From the NCBI GenBank assembly GCA_041671225.1, contig JBAZBY010000001.1, forward strand, positions 174,940-238,939: a stretch of 64,000 nucleotides of DNA, given 5' to 3'. This document shows positions 30,006-43,200 of this stretch, in pieces. Source of the stretch: Patescibacteria group bacterium (GTDB lineage: Bacteria; Patescibacteriota; Patescibacteriia; JBAZBY01). The notes below the pieces were generated by a model that did not search any database, had not been told where the DNA came from, and saw only the letters and a program-made list of their open reading frames with translations. The first letter of the stretch is position 1. Each line of letters starts with the position of its first letter. Made by a program: the position numbers and the translations under genes.

Positions 30006-32462
30006 TCATGATCGTGTCCAGTTCTCATACCGTTCTTTTTCATCCTCAACATCATCCTCAACTTCTTCTGTTGCTTCATTATCAACGGGCTCTTCTTCGC
30101 CATCATCTCCTTGGACATCTTCATTGTGGGTATCATCCTTTTCTACATCCTCATCATCTTCAGGTTCTTCTTCCTCAAAAGATTCACCAAACTCCTCATC
30201 TTCTAAATCACGCAAAACCTCTCTGGGCTTTGCACCATCGGCAGGACCAATAAACCCTTGCTCCTCAAGAATATCCAGAATGCGCGCAGCGCGCGCATAG
30301 CCGATAGAAAGCCTGCGCTGGAGCAGGGACGCAGACCCCTTGCCTGCCCGCAAAATCACCTGCTTTGCGTCTGCCAACATCGGATCTTCATCTTCATCAT
30401 CACCAGAACCCATCACGCCATTCTTCATCATCGTATGCGGAGCCTGCGCTTTTTCAATAACATCCATGTCATAATCTGCATCTGCACCCTTGCGCAACGC
30501 TGCCGTCACGCGCTCAATTTCTTCTTCAGTCACCAATGCTCCCTGCAAGCGTTTTGGTTTTGAAAGCTCTGCAGTGACAAGAAGAAAATCACCCTTGCCC
30601 AGCAACTTCTCTGCGCCGGACATATCAAGAATGGTGCGCGAATCTATGCTTGAAGCAACATTAAAGGCCATACGCGCCGTAATATTCGCCTTGATAAGGC
30701 CTGTAATAACATTGACGCTTGGCCGCTGTGTGGCAACCACCAAATGAATGCCGACCGCACGCGCCATCTGCGCAAGACGGACGATCGCGCCTTCCACTTC
30801 GTTAGCGGCAACTACCATAAGATCAGCAAGCTCATCAATCACGACAACAATATACGGCATGTCATATCCCGCGGCACGAAAGCCGGCAATATTGCGCTTC
30901 TTTGCTTCAGAAAGATGAATATACCGACGATCCATTTCTGAAACCACCCAACGCAATGCATTAATTGTCTTGTTGCTTTCTGTAATGACCGGTGTGAGTA
31001 AATGAGGAACATTATTATAAAGAGAAAGCTCCACGCGCTTCGGATCCACCAGAATAAGTTTCAGATCATCGGGCGAATTGCGCTGTAAGAGATTGAGAAT
31101 AACGGTATTAATCATGACGCTCTTTCCAGAACCTGTTGCGCCGGCAATCAAGAGATGCGGCAAAGAATCCAAATCGAGAACCCACGGGCTCCCTGCAACA
31201 TCGCGGCCAACGGCCAGCGCGAGCTGTGATTTGTGCTTCCGTGATTCGTCAGTCTCCAATACGTCGCGCAAGGTAACCAATGCGCTTTGTTTATTTGGCA
31301 CTTCAATACCAACCAGCGAACGTCCTGGAATAGGTGCCTCAATACGAATAGGATGCGCGGCCAAAGCAAGAGCGAGATCATTGGAAAGCGTTGTGATCTG
31401 CGAAACCTTCACGCCGACTGACGGCTTCAATGTATATTGTGTGACTGTCGGCCCTATAGAGACCTCGCCCAACTCTACCTCGATACCAAAATTCTGCAGT
31501 GTGTCCAAAATGATTGTCTTGTTGCGTTCAACATTGCCTGCCGCCGGCTGTTCAGTCGTACGATTCAAAAGATTCAATGGAAAAGCAATATGGCTGCTCG
31601 CCTTGCGCTTCTTAAGTGTGAGCGCCATGCGTCCTTGTTCTGGCTCATCATCTTCATGTTCTTCTACCGCAGCATCGGGTTCCGCATCATCAGGTTCATT
31701 TTCCTCGCCATCTTCCTCTTCCGTATCTTCAGCATCTTCATCGTCATCGCCTTGAAGATCACTCGGGTCTATGCGACGACGTTTAAAATCTGCTTCCTGC
31801 TCTTTGTCCATTACGCGTCGCGTACGGTAATCCTGCATCCGAATCTTCAGTTCACTCACTGCATCAGAAACAGATGCAAAAATACCCCACACGCGAGAAC
31901 CATGCCCTGCAAGCTCGCGAAGCGTCGTATTAAAAAAGAGAAGAAGTGCAATCAAAAAGACAGCAACAAGCACCACCAATGAAGCCCAGGAGCCAAAAAG
32001 TGTCACTAATGGCCAAGCAAGAATATATCCTACTGCGCCACCGCCCTCTCCGCTTGCAATATCACCAAGAAGGTCAGCATCGAGAAAAATGGAAAGAAGC
32101 GCTGTAGAAGACAAAATGAAAAAAACCAGCCCGAGCCATGCGCGAACCGTCCATGGAAACTGCTCCTCCTTGTATACTGCGTACGCAATAAAAACCACAA
32201 CAACGGGGAGTGCATACTGCCACCAACCAAAAGTTAACGAGGTAAAACCCTCAATGGCTTCGCCGATGTCGCCAGCAATGCCAAAAAAACTTAATATTGT
32301 GAGAACTGCAACGAGACCGAGTATCACGATGATGATGCCACGCCGGCTCTCCGGTGAAAGTTCCGGGCTGGCTTCCTCGCGTTCTTCCTCCTCGTCACGT
32401 CGTCTTCGAAGCGTGCGTCGTGCTGCCATACTCGTTCTATGGTACCACACGTAACGGTGCAC
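30006..32462 (-). CDS. ftsK: DNA translocase FtsK/SpoIIIE with acidic linker and unusual ~70-aa acidic C-terminal tail after the gamma domain
   Basis: N-terminal TMs, P-loop IAGATGSGKSVMIN, gamma-like winged helix, then a DEDE-rich C-terminus (EEEEPEDDEDVEKDDTHNEDVQGDDGEEEPVDNEATEEVEDDVEDE). Confidence 0.93.
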   Translation of the reverse strand: MHRYVWYHRTSMAARRTLRRRRDEEEEREEASPELSPESRRGIIIVILGLVAVLTILSFFGIAGDIGEAIEGFTSLTFGWWQYALPVVVVFIAYAVYKEEQFPWTVRAWLGLVFFILSSTALLSIFLDADLLGDIASGEGGGAVGYILAWPLVTLFGSWASLVVLVAVFLIALLLFFNTTLRELAGHGSRVWGIFASVSDAVSELKIRMQDYRTRRVMDKEQEADFKRRRIDPSDLQGDDDEDAEDTEEEDGEENEPDDAEPDAAVEEHEDDEPEQGRMALTLKKRKASSHIAFPLNLLNRTTEQPAAGNVERNKTIILDTLQNFGIEVELGEVSIGPTVTQYTLKPSVGVKVSQITTLSNDLALALAAHPIRIEAPIPGRSLVGIEVPNKQSALVTLRDVLETDESRKHKSQLALAVGRDVAGSPWVLDLDSLPHLLIAGATGSGKSVMINTVILNLLQRNSPDDLKLILVDPKRVELSLYNNVPHLLTPVITESNKTINALRWVVSEMDRRYIHLSEAKKRNIAGFRAAGYDMPYIVVVIDELADLMVVAANEVEGAIVRLAQMARAVGIHLVVATQRPSVNVITGLIKANITARMAFNVASSIDSRTILDMSGAEKLLGKGDFLLVTAELSKPKRLQGALVTEEEIERVTAALRKGADADYDMDVIEKAQAPHTMMKNGVMGSGDDEDEDPMLADAKQVILRAGKGSASLLQRRLSIGYARAARILDILEEQGFIGPADGAKPREVLRDLEDEEFGESFEEEEPEDDEDVEKDDTHNEDVQGDDGEEEPVDNEATEEVEDDVEDEKERYENWTRS

Positions 32463-32497
32463 TGGAATGCACCGTGGTGTGTATATTTTTATATCTC

Positions 32498-35400
32498 TTA
32501 CGCCTTTTCAGGTGTGGAATCAGCTGCCTTTTCTGTTGCCTCTTCTGCTAGGGGTACAAGCTTTTCATCTTCAGCCATCATTTTTTGCGCCTTCTCCGCT
32601 TGCTCTGCTTGAAGAAGTGCTTCCTGAACGTGCGGGGCAAGAGGTTCATCTTCAATGACACGTTCTGGAAGAATGATTCTTTCAGGGTGAAGACCTGTAC
32701 CGGCTGGAATCAACTTACCAATAATGACATTTTCCTTAAGGCCACGGAGGTCATCAACACGACCAGAGACCGCAGCATCAATGAGCACGCGTGCTGTTTC
32801 TTGGAATGATGCGGCAGAGAGGAAGCTTTCAACGGACAGCGATGATTTGGTGATACCAAGCAAAAGCTGCGTAAAGACGATCTCCTTCTTGCCTTCCTTC
32901 TTCAGGCGCTTGTTTTCTTCAATAACGCGAGCCTTCTCAAGCACTTCACCAGCAAGGAACGTTGAATCACCCGGATCTTCAACGCTGATACGTGAGAACA
33001 TTTGACGCACAATGATCTCCAAATGCTTTGCATTCACTTTTTGACCCTGTGATGAATAGATGTAATGAATTTCCTTAATAATGTAGCGCGCAACAGCTTC
33101 TTGGCCTTTCAAACGATAGAGATCAAAAAGATTCACAGAACCCTCGGTGAGAAGATCGCCCGCATTGACGAGATCTCCGTTCTTTACGTAGAGCGAAAGC
33201 CCTGATGCTACTTCATATTCCTTGCCCATTCCTTCGGGATTGAGAATGATCATCTGTGGCTTGATTTCAATCGTGCCTGGTTCTTCAGAACGGAGCTTTT
33301 CAGTACCGCGGGCAGCCAAAACCTGCTTGGCCTTCACGGATTGTCCTGTTTCAACCTTCACCACCCATGCACCTTTTCCGGCAGAGCCGGATCCGGCTTC
33401 GCCGGATTTCTTGCCATCAGTAAGTGGATATTCCAATGGCTTCACCATAGGATCAAAAACGCGAAGCGTGTAACCATGCGGCTTTTCTTCTACAGTGACG
33501 CGGCCATTATTTTCTGCAAGGATTGCTGCGCGCTTCACTGGACGTGCTTCAAAGAGTTCTTCAACGCGTGGGAGACCCTGTGTAATATCCTGCCCAGCAA
33601 CACCACCCGTGTGGAAGGTGCGCATGGTCAGCTGTGTTCCCGGTTCTCCGATAGATTGTGCCGCCATAATACCGATTGCAACACCACTCTCAACAAGACG
33701 ATTGTTGGAAAGGTCTGCTCCATAACACGTGGCGCAAATACCACGTACGGCCTGACAGGTGAGTGTGGAGCGAATACGAAGTTCATCAAGATCAAGGTCT
33801 TCGATAATCGCCTCTTTTTCATCATCAATAAGTTCACCAGCCTTGATCAATGTCTTGCTGCCCTTTTTAATATCTTCCATAATCACGCGGCCCCAAGCGC
33901 GGGTCGCAACAGTTTCATCCATCCCTTGACTTTCTTCCTTTGTAAGCAAGAAACCGTCTTTATTCTTGCAATCCGCCTCGCGAACAACAACATCCTGAGC
34001 AACATCAATCAAACGACGGGTAAGGTACCCGGCACTTGCCGTACGGAGCGCGGTATCGGAAAGACCTTTACGGGCACCATGTGTTGAAATGAAATACTCC
34101 AATACATCAAAACCTTCTTTGAAGCTTCCTTTTACTGGAAGTTCAATGGTATCACCGCCTGGGTTCGTCACGAGTCCCTTCATACCCATCATCTGTGTGA
34201 TCTGTCCCCATGAACCACGGGCACCAGAACCGATCATTGCATACACCGGACCATAACGATCAAGTGCCTTCTTGCTTGATTCTGTGACATCATCTTTTAC
34301 CTTTGCCCAAATCTCAATGGTCTTTACATGGCGCTCTTCATCAGTGAGCAAACCCGCTTCATAATGATTACGCACTTCATCTACCTTCTTTTCTCCTTCA
34401 GCAAGTAATGCATCTTTATCTGCAGGAACAGGAAGATCCGCCATGCCCCACGATATGCCAGAAATAGTGAGGTAACGGAACGCGCGATTTTTGATGTTAT
34501 CCAAGAGAAGAACGGTCTCTTCAAGACCATCGTTATTCAAACTGTCTGCAATAATCTGTGCGAGTGCTTTTTTATCAAGCGTCTTATTAAGAAATGCCGC
34601 CTTCTTTGGCATCAATTCCTGAAAAAGCAAACGGCCAGCGCATGTTTCAACGATCTTTCCTTTTAAGCGCACATTAATCTTGTCTTGCACGCCAATATGG
34701 CCGAGGCGATACGACATGACGGCTTCATCCGCATCAATAAATGATGCCCGCGGTTCCATGTTTTCTCGCATGTTTGTGAGATAGAAACAACCGAGCACAA
34801 TATCCTGCGTTGGGGTTGCTACTGGCTTACCTGTTGCAGGCTTCAAAATATTTCGGCTTGAAACCATCAGGTTCTCCGCTTCCCATTTTGCCTGCTCGGT
34901 GAGCGGAACATGCACGGCCATCTGGTCACCATCAAAGTCTGCATTGAATGCTGCACATACCATTGGGTGAACCTGAATAGCCTTACCTTCAATCAGTACT
35001 GGCTGGAAAGCTTGAATACCGAGACGATGCAACGTTGGGGCGCGGTTCAAGAGAACGTGTGAGCCCTTGGTTACTTCTTCAAGAATATCCCACACGACAT
35101 CATGACTTGCTTCAATAAAACGGCTTGCAGAACGAACGTTATGGACGTATTCGCGCTTGATGAGCTTGGAAATAACAAACGGACGGAAGAGCTCGAGCGC
35201 CATCTGCTTTGGCAAACCACACTGGTTCAATTTCAGGTGAGGTCCAATGACAATAACTGAGCGGCCACTGTAATCAACGCGCTTTCCAAGAAGATTCTGA
35301 CGGAAGCGTCCCTGCTTCCCCTTCAGCATGTCGGCGATAGATTTGAGCATGCGCTTCTGGCCTGTACTCGCAGTAACCGTCTTGCCGTGTCGAGCACTAT

Positions 35401-36562
35401 TATCAATAAGCGCGTCGACTGCTTCCTGCAACATGCGCTTTTCGTTACGCTGAATGACTTCCGGCGCATTCAGTTCAATAAGCCGCTTCAAGCGATTGTT
35501 GCGGTTGATGACGCGACGGTAAAGGTCATTAAGGTCAGATGTTGCAAAACGACCACCATCAAGCTGCACCATCGGGCGCAAATCTGGTGGAATCACCGGA
35601 ACCGCAGTGGTGATCATCCATTCAGGACTGATCTTGTTGCGCAAAAGATTTTCCAAAAGTCGAATGCGGCGGTTCAGGCGCTTCTTCTTGTTCTCTGTGC
35701 TTTCTGCGGCCTCTTCGCGCAGCGCCTGCACGGTCTTTTCCATATCAACCTGCGCAAGTAATGCACGGATCGCTTCCGCGCCAATACTTGCCTCAAAGAC
35801 ATGACCATACTTGAGTGAAAGGTCTTGATACTGATTCTCAGTAAGAATAGAAAGTGGCGCCAAATCTTTGAGCTCACGCTTTGCTTCTGTTACCGCTTCC
35901 TCCAGTGTTGTAAGTTTTTCTTCCTTCAATCGCTCAAGACTTGCCAGCTCATCAATGAGTTGCTTCTCGAGTTTCTTCAATGTCACTTCACCATTTGTCT
36001 TCTGCTTCTCCGCCTCGTTGTGTTGGCGAAGTTCATTCGCCTCGCGCTGAAATTCATGCTGGAGCTGTTGATGCTTTTGCTCTGCTTCAGAATCAATTTG
36101 TGAAAGCGTATCTTTTCGGAGATTGTCATCAACCTTCGTAACAATAAAATTCGCAAAATAAATGACTTTTTCTAATTCTCCAACAGAGAGATCAAGTACC
36201 AAACCAATCTTTGACGGTACGCCGCGAAGGAACCAAATATGTGAAACCGGCGCAGAAAGGTCAATGTGACCCATGCGTTCACGACGAACAGATGCGCGCG
36301 TTACTTCAACGCCGCACTTATCACAAACGATCCCTTTATAACGGATGCGTTTGTACTTCCCGCAATAACATTCCCAATCCTTCGTTGGCCCAAAAATCTC
36401 TTCTGCAAAGAGGCCGCCTTTTTCTGGCTTCTGTGTTCGATAATTAATGGTCTCCGGTTTGGTGATCTCGCCGTGTGACCATTCGTGAATATCATCCGGA
36501 GAAGCAATCTTTAAACGAATTGCTTGAAAATCTGCCGGCTGTTGTTCCTGATGATTGTTCAT
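32498..36562 (-). CDS. rpoC: DNA-directed RNA polymerase subunit beta'
   Basis: 1354 aa; zinc-finger Cys cluster ([20 protein letters not shown]) and NADFDGD catalytic motif. Confidence 0.97.
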   Translation of the reverse strand: MNNHQEQQPADFQAIRLKIASPDDIHEWSHGEITKPETINYRTQKPEKGGLFAEEIFGPTKDWECYCGKYKRIRYKGIVCDKCGVEVTRASVRRERMGHIDLSAPVSHIWFLRGVPSKIGLVLDLSVGELEKVIYFANFIVTKVDDNLRKDTLSQIDSEAEQKHQQLQHEFQREANELRQHNEAEKQKTNGEVTLKKLEKQLIDELASLERLKEEKLTTLEEAVTEAKRELKDLAPLSILTENQYQDLSLKYGHVFEASIGAEAIRALLAQVDMEKTVQALREEAAESTENKKKRLNRRIRLLENLLRNKISPEWMITTAVPVIPPDLRPMVQLDGGRFATSDLNDLYRRVINRNNRLKRLIELNAPEVIQRNEKRMLQEAVDALIDNSARHGKTVTASTGQKRMLKSIADMLKGKQGRFRQNLLGKRVDYSGRSVIVIGPHLKLNQCGLPKQMALELFRPFVISKLIKREYVHNVRSASRFIEASHDVVWDILEEVTKGSHVLLNRAPTLHRLGIQAFQPVLIEGKAIQVHPMVCAAFNADFDGDQMAVHVPLTEQAKWEAENLMVSSRNILKPATGKPVATPTQDIVLGCFYLTNMRENMEPRASFIDADEAVMSYRLGHIGVQDKINVRLKGKIVETCAGRLLFQELMPKKAAFLNKTLDKKALAQIIADSLNNDGLEETVLLLDNIKNRAFRYLTISGISWGMADLPVPADKDALLAEGEKKVDEVRNHYEAGLLTDEERHVKTIEIWAKVKDDVTESSKKALDRYGPVYAMIGSGARGSWGQITQMMGMKGLVTNPGGDTIELPVKGSFKEGFDVLEYFISTHGARKGLSDTALRTASAGYLTRRLIDVAQDVVVREADCKNKDGFLLTKEESQGMDETVATRAWGRVIMEDIKKGSKTLIKAGELIDDEKEAIIEDLDLDELRIRSTLTCQAVRGICATCYGADLSNNRLVESGVAIGIMAAQSIGEPGTQLTMRTFHTGGVAGQDITQGLPRVEELFEARPVKRAAILAENNGRVTVEEKPHGYTLRVFDPMVKPLEYPLTDGKKSGEAGSGSAGKGAWVVKVETGQSVKAKQVLAARGTEKLRSEEPGTIEIKPQMIILNPEGMGKEYEVASGLSLYVKNGDLVNAGDLLTEGSVNLFDLYRLKGQEAVARYIIKEIHYIYSSQGQKVNAKHLEIIVRQMFSRISVEDPGDSTFLAGEVLEKARVIEENKRLKKEGKKEIVFTQLLLGITKSSLSVESFLSAASFQETARVLIDAAVSGRVDDLRGLKENVIIGKLIPAGTGLHPERIILPERVIEDEPLAPHVQEALLQAEQAEKAQKMMAEDEKLVPLAEEATEKAADSTPEKA

Positions 36563-39500
36563 GCTTTTCCCTCTCCGGCCTTACCGGACTTATCTTCCTT
36601 CTCGTCCCTTTTTGTTGGCTTCCGATGCATGGCATCTCTGCCTGGTCGATCATGTTTATCCTTCTTCTCTTTTGGTGCACCAATAAGCTCCACATCAAGC
36701 CCGAGTCCCTGCAATTCACGAACGAGAACGTAAAATGATTCCGGAATATTGAGACGCGTAATAGGTTCACCCTTAATGACGGCTTCATACGCCTTTGAAC
36801 GGCCAATCACGTCGTCAGATTTAATGGTGAGAATTTCCTGCAATGTGTGTGCGGCGCCATAAGCCTCCAATGCCCACACTTCCATTTCTCCAAAACGCTG
36901 TCCGCCAAACTGTGCCTTACCTCCAAGCGGCTGCTGCGTGACCAAGGAATATGGGCCGATGGAGCGCTGATGGATCTTGTCTTCCACCATGTGATTGAGC
37001 TTCAGCATGTAGACCACGCCGACATTCACCTTCTGATCAAATGGCTCACCGGTGCGCCCATCAAGAAGAAGGGTCTTACCATCTTCTGAAAATCCTGCCT
37101 TCTTTAATTCCCGACGGATGATATCCTCATCCACGCCATCCAATGCCGGAGATGCTACCGTGTACCCAAGTGAATGCGCGGCCAAGCCAAGATGCGTTTC
37201 AAGAATCTGACCAAGGTTCATGCGGGATGCCACGCCAAGAGGATTCAAAATGATATCCACCGGCGTACCATCGGGGAGGAACGGGAGATCTTCTTGCGCG
37301 ACGATGCGGGAAATAACGCCTTTGTTTCCATGCCGACCGGCCATCTTGTCACCAACCTGAATCTTACGCAGCTGCGCAATAGAAACCTGAATGGACTTCG
37401 TCACACCAGATGGGAGTTTATCACCGTTCTGGCGTGAGAAGATCTTAATATCCACGACCTTACCGTGTTCGCCATGTTCAAGATACAGCGAGCTATCCTT
37501 CACGTCTTTTGCCTTCTCGCCAAAAATCGCGCGGAGGAGCTTTTCTTCTGCTGAGAGTTCGGTTTCACCTTTTGGCGTGATCTTTCCGACGAGAATATCG
37601 CCGGACTTCACGCTGGCGCCAATACGAACAACGCCTTCTTCATCAAGATCTTTCAGTTTCTCTTCAGAAACATTCGGGATATCCCTGGTGACGGTCTCAG
37701 GACCAAGTTTGGTGTCTCGTACGTCGATCGTATATTCATCGATGTGGACGGAAGAGTAGCGGTCTTCTTTAACGAGATTCTCAGAAATGAGAATAGCGTC
37801 TTCGAAGTTTCCACCCTCCCAAGGCAAGAAGGCCACAAGAATGTTTTGACCGAGAGCGAGTTCACCGTTATCAGTCGCGGGACCGTCGGCAAGGACATCA
37901 CCCTTTTTAACTTTTTGATTAATATCAACAATTGGTTGCTGGTTGATCGCGGTTGATGCGTTGGAACGAACGAACTTGCGCAACACATGCTTCTCTATTT
38001 TTCCGTCTGACCCAGTAATATGAATCTCTTGCCCATCCACGCGAGTAATCTCACCGTCCTGGCCGGCAATGGCGACGGCGCCGGAATCATATGCCGCACG
38101 ACGTTCAACGCCCGTACCAACAACTGGCGCCTGCGGCTTCACGAGCGCCACGGCCTGACGTTGCATATTTGTTCCCATTAATGCGCGAACAGCATCATCA
38201 TGTTCAAGGAAGGGAATAAGCGACGTTGTCACAGAAACAATCTGCTTTGGTGAAACGTCAATATAATCAACTTCCGTCACATCTGCCGTTGTTGGTTCGC
38301 CATGGCGTCGCACTTCAACGCGCTCTTTCAGTATGTAACCCTTTTCATCAACGGGCGTGGTTGCCGCAGTGGTAACAAATTTCTCTTCTGTAAATGCATC
38401 AAGGAATTCAATTTGGCCAGAAACGCGCGGCTTGATCTTTACCGTCTCAATGCGTGATGCGGCGATTTTCTTTGCAGCATCCGCCGTAATCTCTTCACCA
38501 TCTTTAACGAGAACCGTCTCGCCATCCTTCACATCACCGCGTGCGATTTCGCCAATGAGATGCTCATCATTCTTTTTCAGCTCTCGAATGATTTTTACAA
38601 ACGGCGTTTCAATGAAGCCATAGTCATTGATCTGCGCGTAGGAAGCCAAATGACCAACAAGCCCGATGTTCGGACCTTCTGGCGTGGCGATCGGGCAGAT
38701 GCGTCCATAATGCGTGCGGTGCACATCGCGAACATCAAATCCTGCACGCTCACGAGAAAGACCACCGGGACCCATGGCGGAGAGGCGACGCTTGTGTTCG
38801 AGTTCTGCGAGCGGATTGGTCTGATCCATGAACTGTGAAAGTTGCGAGCTCATGAAGAACTCCTTGATTGAGCCAATGACCGGACGCGCGTTAATCAGCT
38901 GGTTCGGAGTAATCGTTGCAATATCTTGCGTGGACATGCGATCGCGCACAATGCGCTCCATGCGAGCAAGGCCAACACGGAACTTATTCTGCACGAGTTC
39001 GCCAATTGCTCTCACGCGACGGTTGCCAAGATGATCAATATCATCTGCGTCTGCCTGGCTGTTGTTGAGCTTGATGATCTCTTTCACAATCATCACCAAG
39101 TCTTCCTTCTGGAATACGCGGTGTTCTTTGTTGTTTGGCTTGTTGGTATTAAAACGAGAATTCAGCTTGTAGCGACCAACGCGTCCAAAATCATAACGGT
39201 CAAAACTGAAGAACATCTTATGAATGAGTTCGCGTGCATTCTCAGTTGTTGCGAGATCGCCTGGACGAATACGCTTGTATACTTCTTTTAATCCCTCTGC
39301 TTCAGAACGAGAAGGATCCTTTTCTATCGTCGCTTCGATATGACGTCGTTCTGGGTGGTTGTCAGTATCCTGAAAAAGTCCAAGGATCTCTTCATCACTC
39401 GTGTATCCAAATGCACGCATGAGTGCGGTCACAGGCACTTTACGTTTGCGATCGATCTTAACAGAGATCACATTATTCGCGTCGGTCTCCAGCTCAAGCC

Positions 39501-40005
39501 ATGCACCGCGGTTTGGGATGATCTTTGCGCCATAGTATTTGCGGCCGCGTACGAATTCTGAAGTGAAGAATACACCGCTTGAACGGATCAATTGAGAAAC
39601 AACGACGCGTTCAATACCATTAACAATAAACGTCCCGCGATCGGTCATCAGCGGGAAGTCTCCAAGATAAATTTCCTGTTCCTTGATTTCTCCGGTCTTC
39701 TTGTTCACCAAGCGAACCTGCACGCGCAATGGCGCTTCAAACGTTACGTTCTTTTCCTTCGCGGTAACCTCGTCAAACTTCGGATCGTCGAGATAGTAAT
39801 CAACAAAATACAATTCAAGGTCGCGACCAATGAAGTCCTGAATGGGGGAAATCTCATCAAAAAGTTCCTTGAGGCCATCGCGGAAAAACCAGTCATATGA
39901 CCGTTTCTGTATCTCTATAAGGTCCGGCAATGGGACCGCTTCATTGATAGTCGTAAAGAAACGACGTTCAGTCTTGTGTTCAGGCATACAAAGACACAGA
40001 GCCAC
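36559..40005 (-). CDS. rpoB: DNA-directed RNA polymerase subunit beta
   Basis: 1148 aa; conserved rifampicin-cluster region and overall RpoB sequence; 4-nt overlap with rpoC. Confidence 0.97.
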   Translation of the reverse strand: MALCLCMPEHKTERRFFTTINEAVPLPDLIEIQKRSYDWFFRDGLKELFDEISPIQDFIGRDLELYFVDYYLDDPKFDEVTAKEKNVTFEAPLRVQVRLVNKKTGEIKEQEIYLGDFPLMTDRGTFIVNGIERVVVSQLIRSSGVFFTSEFVRGRKYYGAKIIPNRGAWLELETDANNVISVKIDRKRKVPVTALMRAFGYTSDEEILGLFQDTDNHPERRHIEATIEKDPSRSEAEGLKEVYKRIRPGDLATTENARELIHKMFFSFDRYDFGRVGRYKLNSRFNTNKPNNKEHRVFQKEDLVMIVKEIIKLNNSQADADDIDHLGNRRVRAIGELVQNKFRVGLARMERIVRDRMSTQDIATITPNQLINARPVIGSIKEFFMSSQLSQFMDQTNPLAELEHKRRLSAMGPGGLSRERAGFDVRDVHRTHYGRICPIATPEGPNIGLVGHLASYAQINDYGFIETPFVKIIRELKKNDEHLIGEIARGDVKDGETVLVKDGEEITADAAKKIAASRIETVKIKPRVSGQIEFLDAFTEEKFVTTAATTPVDEKGYILKERVEVRRHGEPTTADVTEVDYIDVSPKQIVSVTTSLIPFLEHDDAVRALMGTNMQRQAVALVKPQAPVVGTGVERRAAYDSGAVAIAGQDGEITRVDGQEIHITGSDGKIEKHVLRKFVRSNASTAINQQPIVDINQKVKKGDVLADGPATDNGELALGQNILVAFLPWEGGNFEDAILISENLVKEDRYSSVHIDEYTIDVRDTKLGPETVTRDIPNVSEEKLKDLDEEGVVRIGASVKSGDILVGKITPKGETELSAEEKLLRAIFGEKAKDVKDSSLYLEHGEHGKVVDIKIFSRQNGDKLPSGVTKSIQVSIAQLRKIQVGDKMAGRHGNKGVISRIVAQEDLPFLPDGTPVDIILNPLGVASRMNLGQILETHLGLAAHSLGYTVASPALDGVDEDIIRRELKKAGFSEDGKTLLLDGRTGEPFDQKVNVGVVYMLKLNHMVEDKIHQRSIGPYSLVTQQPLGGKAQFGGQRFGEMEVWALEAYGAAHTLQEILTIKSDDVIGRSKAYEAVIKGEPITRLNIPESFYVLVRELQGLGLDVELIGAPKEKKDKHDRPGRDAMHRKPTKRDEKEDKSGKAGEGKA

Positions 40006-40128
40006 CCTTCCCCGCGTTGGGCTGCTCGGGGTTACTTCTGTTTACTTGTGTACGAATGTAATAAAATTCGCTCGAAACCTCAATAAATGCAAGGAGGCGA
40101 ATATGAATAGTTGCGGAAGCTACAAAAC

Positions 40129-40158
40129 ACTATACCTTCGTCAAGCCCTATGTGTCAA
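40129..40158 (-). promoter_or_regulatory. rpoB promoter (TTGACA-18-TATAGT) with ~120-nt leader
   Basis: Minus-strand hexamers: complement of 40153-40158 and 40129-40134. Confidence 0.5.
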
Positions 40159-40284
40159 GTCAAGAACACTAAATCGAAATTTGGCAAGTATAGCCCAAAA
40201 AATAGCTTATATCAGCAAAATTACTAAAAGGACAAAAAGTGTGCCCTCACGCTTGCTGAAATCTTGTCCTCATGTTTTCCACAC

Positions 40285-43200
40285 CTACGGCGCAAAATGC
40301 CCCATGGTGATAGAAAGACCGCCACGAAAACTTGGCGCATACGCATAATAAGAAAGAATGCGTTGCAGTGTTGTCTCATTTTTCTTCACAAACACAAACA
40401 CGCCAGGTGCGCCATCTTTATACGTGCTGGTGAGTATTTCTGCCGTGTTATCAAAGCCATAAAGATCCCCTGCGGTAACGTTCGCGCCACCACGGAATCC
40501 CTCAGATGCGGCAAAGAAATTGCGTAAAAAAGTTCCTGTGGGGCTAAAGATCTTTACTTCTGCCGGGTAACCGCCTGTCGTGGGGCTCAAAATAATCTCT
40601 GGAATACCATCATCACCTATAATGTCTCCTGTAGTGATGGACATACCGCCGCGTCGTGTGGATGAATACGCAAAGAACTGCGCAGAAACACGTGCACCAG
40701 AACGAGAAAGGGTAAACACGCGTATGTGAGGGCCGCCACGATCCGCAGGCGCGACCACCACGGAATCACGTCCATCGTTATCAAAGTCTGCTGTAGTGAG
40801 ATTCACGCCACCTCGAAAACCCTCATCATACGCCCAAAACTGGGCTTCCAACTTTCCGCGTCCATTAAACACCCGCACAACCGGTCCCCCGCCACTTGCG
40901 GGCGTCACAAGAATTTCATCCTTGCCATCACCATCCACATCACCTGTTGCAACGTTCACTCCGCCACGAAAAGTTTCTGGAAGCGCGAAGAATTGACCGA
41001 GCACAACGCCGCGTCTATTAAAAATGCGAATATGAGGACCGCCGCCGCGTCCCGGTGCAGTAATAATCTCATCATAGCCGTCACCATCCACATCACCTGT
41101 TGCAACGCTTACTCCGCCACGGAAGTTTGGATTGTATGCAAAGAACTGACCCGTGAGATTCCCAAGATAATCAAAGATGCGGACATGAGGGCCGCCACCA
41201 GCTCCGGCGCCAGCAACAACCTGTAATACTTTTTTCATGGTGAATGTTGTTGTTGCGGGAACAGGGTCGTCATTGCCAGCCTCATCAACAGCGCTCACGG
41301 CAAATGTATGTTCTCCGTTCGTAAGATCAGAAAAAATATGCTCCGTACGATTTGTATACAGCGTCCAGTTCCCATCATCAATCTTATAACGAAAACGAAT
41401 ATCCTTCTTGGCGGTGATATCATCGTTTCCTGACCATTGCATCACAACATTCCCTGTATAAAAAATGGAGACGTGTGAAGCGATGGCTGTATCCGGCGGA
41501 TTGGGATCCTCAGGCCCTCCAACGGGATCCGCATTGATTTTTGGTGGCGGCACGCTATCGCACTGGCGCGCAATGAGTGATGACGGCGGGTTCACGTCAC
41601 AAGATTTTGTGTCTGTACAAGTACGTATCTGTTCATTATTGAGACATTCAGACCAGTCGCCACAATTCCATTTTGGCGAACAAGAAATTTGTGGTGGAGT
41701 ACAAACCTGTGCAAGCGCAGGCCGATTCATGATGGTCCCGCAATCATGAGCATCGGTGCAGGTGCGGGACTGCACTCCTGCAGTACTACACGTGCTCCAT
41801 GTGCCACAACCCCAATCTTCCACGCATACCGTTGGCACGTCTGGCGCCACGGGGATCAACACTGCCGCCTCATTATTCTCAAGTGCAATGCTGGTAAGAA
41901 TCGTACTATCCAATATTCCGTCCGCGCCCAAACGGCGATACTCCCCGCCAAGATCGTGAGTGGTACGCGAAGCAACTCCAAGATAACCCCCATATTCCCG
42001 ATACTTCACCAGTACCAATGCATTGGAATATTGCCGAGCAAAAAGATGATAATTTCTTGTGGTGCCGCTGGTAATCTGACTTGGCGTGCTGGGATCAATG
42101 CCCGTTGCAAGTTCAAAGTGTTCTATGGTACCGCTATTGCCAAAGACATCCTGCTTCCCGAACGTATTGGCGATCGGCGTTCCGATGTCATAATCGATCG
42201 CTGGGATCCAAAGATAATCCTCAACCGGCCCTGTCGGCCAAAAATTCCCATCCTTGTTCCATCCCGTAAAATCGAGATAGGCAAAGGAGAGGTTCTTGTT
42301 GTTCACAAGATAAAAGTTCGCGAGAACGAACATCTGCGCCTTTGATGTGTTGACGGTAGATTCATTGACCCCTTTCAGATAGAACTTCTGCCCGGCAAGT
42401 GAATCACTCAACATCTTCTTGGTGTCTTGATAATCCGAATTATACGTCAGCGCGCGCGGAACGCCGCCGCTCGGCTGGTTCAAGTCATTCCATGTGAGCC
42501 ATGCTTCAATTTCAACCGGGTTGTTCAGGCTCTGATACCCGGCATAAAAATATGGATGAAAATACCAGTAGAGTGCGCGGGCATTCGGGATGACCTGCTT
42601 TTCTTTTCCAAAATAATTCGAGACGTACGTTGCCATGTTCCGCTGCGCATCGAATGCCTCCTGAATGCGGGGGTGATTGCCATCCAATGGAATGCCGTAA
42701 TACTCGACTGATTTGTCGAACGCCGAACCGCCCGGATAAAAATCCCCGTTGTCTGAAAGCACATTATCCGCCTCTGCGCCGCCAGACTCCATTGTGGTCG
42801 CAACTGCCTCATTGTTAAATGCGACCCAGTTCTGATTGCTGAATTTCACGTCTGACCATATCAATAACCAAGCATTCGGCGCTCTGGATTCTGCGCGGCT
42901 TGCTGCCGTTGCGGCAGGCGTACAGTTCGGTGAACACGATGCATTCCACCCCTTAAATGACTGACAGTTCCTAAAGTAATCGCATCGCGTACCGACATCA
43001 TCACGAAAATGAATGATCAGATCCTGCGGATCACATGCCGGCGACTGCGCCGCACACCAACTCGTGACACTCCCTGCAAATTCGCTATCGGTAAATGCGC
43101 TATAATTCCGATAATTTCCCAGCGTCACCTGGGGATTCAAAGCCTTATATGCCGCCTTGAATGCAGTGTGAGAAAATACTTGGTCAAAATGAAGTGCTTT

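Noticed and set aside
39842-40348. 168-aa ORF spanning the rpoB upstream region
   Set aside because: It lies across the rpoB promoter/leader and the 3' end of the surface-protein gene. It has no SD and an AT-rich, low-complexity translation.
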